NCBI GenBank assembly: GCA_040437565.1
Contig: JBDOQK010000006.1
Location: 682,001 to 746,000, forward strand
Direction: 5' to 3'
DNA: 64,000 nucleotides
Origin: Albugo candida
Lineage: Eukaryota
Every line of letters begins with the position of its first letter. Positions within the stretch are counted from its first letter, which is position 1. Below are positions 62,891-64,000 of this stretch, in pieces. The position numbers and the translations under genes are program-made. The notes beneath the pieces were generated by a model that did not search any database, was not told the origin of the DNA, and was given only the letters and a program-made list of their open reading frames with translations.

Positions 62891-64000
62891 TGTTCTGAAG
62901 ACTTATTGCTCACTTAGAAATTTATAACTGCCTAAATATAGGTCCTTAGTTCGCTACCCTGTGCTACCTCTAAGCCTATCATTCTAGGTCCCTCTATAAT
63001 GTTTCTAATGACGTCAGACCATGACGTCATCCTGTGACGTCATGGCCTGTCTAGCTTACAGTCAGCTCAATCTTGTTGCCCGACTCGGCGGCATGACATC
63101 TCCCCGGACTTGACTTCGCGTTGGCGGTCTCGAAAGTCTGTACTAGTCGCTGCCAATGCGAAACGTGGCGGATAGCTTTCTCCCGTTGCCAAGTACTATC
63201 ACACTNNNNNNNNNNNNNNNNNNNNNNNNNNNNNNNNNNNNNNNNNNNNNNNNNNNNNNNNNNNNNNNNNNNNNNNNNNNNNNNNNNNNNNNNNNNNNNN
63301 NNNNNCGGGAGAAGATGCATATATCGTCCAGATACACGACAACGAAGGTGCCTAGCTTGTCGAACAACGTTCGCATAAGACGTGACCAAACCCCAGGCAT
63401 TCCTGATAACCCCATTGGTGCTACGCACCATTGATACGTTTTCTTGTGGGTTCTTAAAGCCGTATAGGTTCGACTTGATGGCAAAACTACCATTTGATGG
63501 TACCCTATAGCAAGATCGAGAAGCTTAAAATACTTGCATCCAACCATGCGGTCGAATAGTTCTTGGATTAACGGCAAAGGAATTTTTGCCACGACGGACA
63601 TGCTATTCACATAACGGTAGTCAATTACCCAGCGAATGGGAATCTTCGAATTTCTGCTCCGAGCCATTCGGCGCGTTTTGGGAACTTTCCGGTTGTGGGA
63701 TCTTTCTATGGGATTCCAAAAATATTCGAGACCCATGGCGAGTTCGATACTTCTATCCATCCTTTGCGTATATTCTCTTCAACGAATTGCTGCAGTGCGT
63801 CTTGCTCAACCTTCGAAAGACGGAAGGGAGCACGGGCGCGCGGCACCGCATCAGGCTTTATTTGCAGTTCGAAGTTCACTGATCTCTTTGGAGGCATTTC
63901 ATTGGGAAGTTGTTCTGGAAATACGTCCTTGTACTCGTCCAGAACTGTTTTCAACTCCTGCAATATTTCTGATGGCTCTACGTTGGTAACCTTCAGTTGA
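62891..64000 (-). mobile_element. Ty3/Gypsy (chromovirus-like) LTR retrotransposon, degenerate pol plus probable 3' LTR
   Basis: FPEQLP..MPP.R..F, PFRLS, SPWVS, RWVIDYR.VN, LDLAIGYHQ, PMGL and VYLDDI reverse-transcriptase motifs, with a stop and frameshift near 63660-63710. After the gap come a chromodomain-like tail (STWQREKAIRHVSHW), purine-rich CCGGGGAGA and TGTCA at 63098 (LTR start). The LTR end near 62891 is tentative. Confidence 0.9.

Overview
Eukaryotic, gene-dense draft assembly sequence with many 100-N gaps. It has short (~55-80 bp) spliceosomal introns, a Pol III tRNA gene and a Ty3/Gypsy retroelement. Gene content and compactness point to an oomycete, most likely an Albugo-like biotroph (inference). 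Two housekeeping blocks (about 5-22 kb and 41-59 kb) contain an LRR protein, PHAF1/UPF0183, NAF1, Mn-SOD, BRX1, a dual-specificity phosphatase, a PH-PH-VPS9-PDZ protein, a cyclophilin, tRNA-Gly, a Dpy-30-motif protein, Dam1, a TRF4-like nucleotidyltransferase, DeSI-PUL, PPR-SMR, a membrane TKL kinase and a PH-PX-WCA protein. Between them lies a gene-sparse region (about 22-41 kb) with Elongin-B-like and PP6 genes, two secreted Cu-only SOD-like paralogs and decayed genes (cathepsin, MCU). The most notable items are a candidate Arp2/3 activator with an unusual PH-PX-WH2/C/A architecture, two secreted Cu-only SODs that lack the catalytic Arg, an MCU pseudogene missed by the ORF track, and an adenylyl-cyclase-type membrane module fused to a TKL kinase. 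All family calls come from motif recognition by eye; no searches were run.
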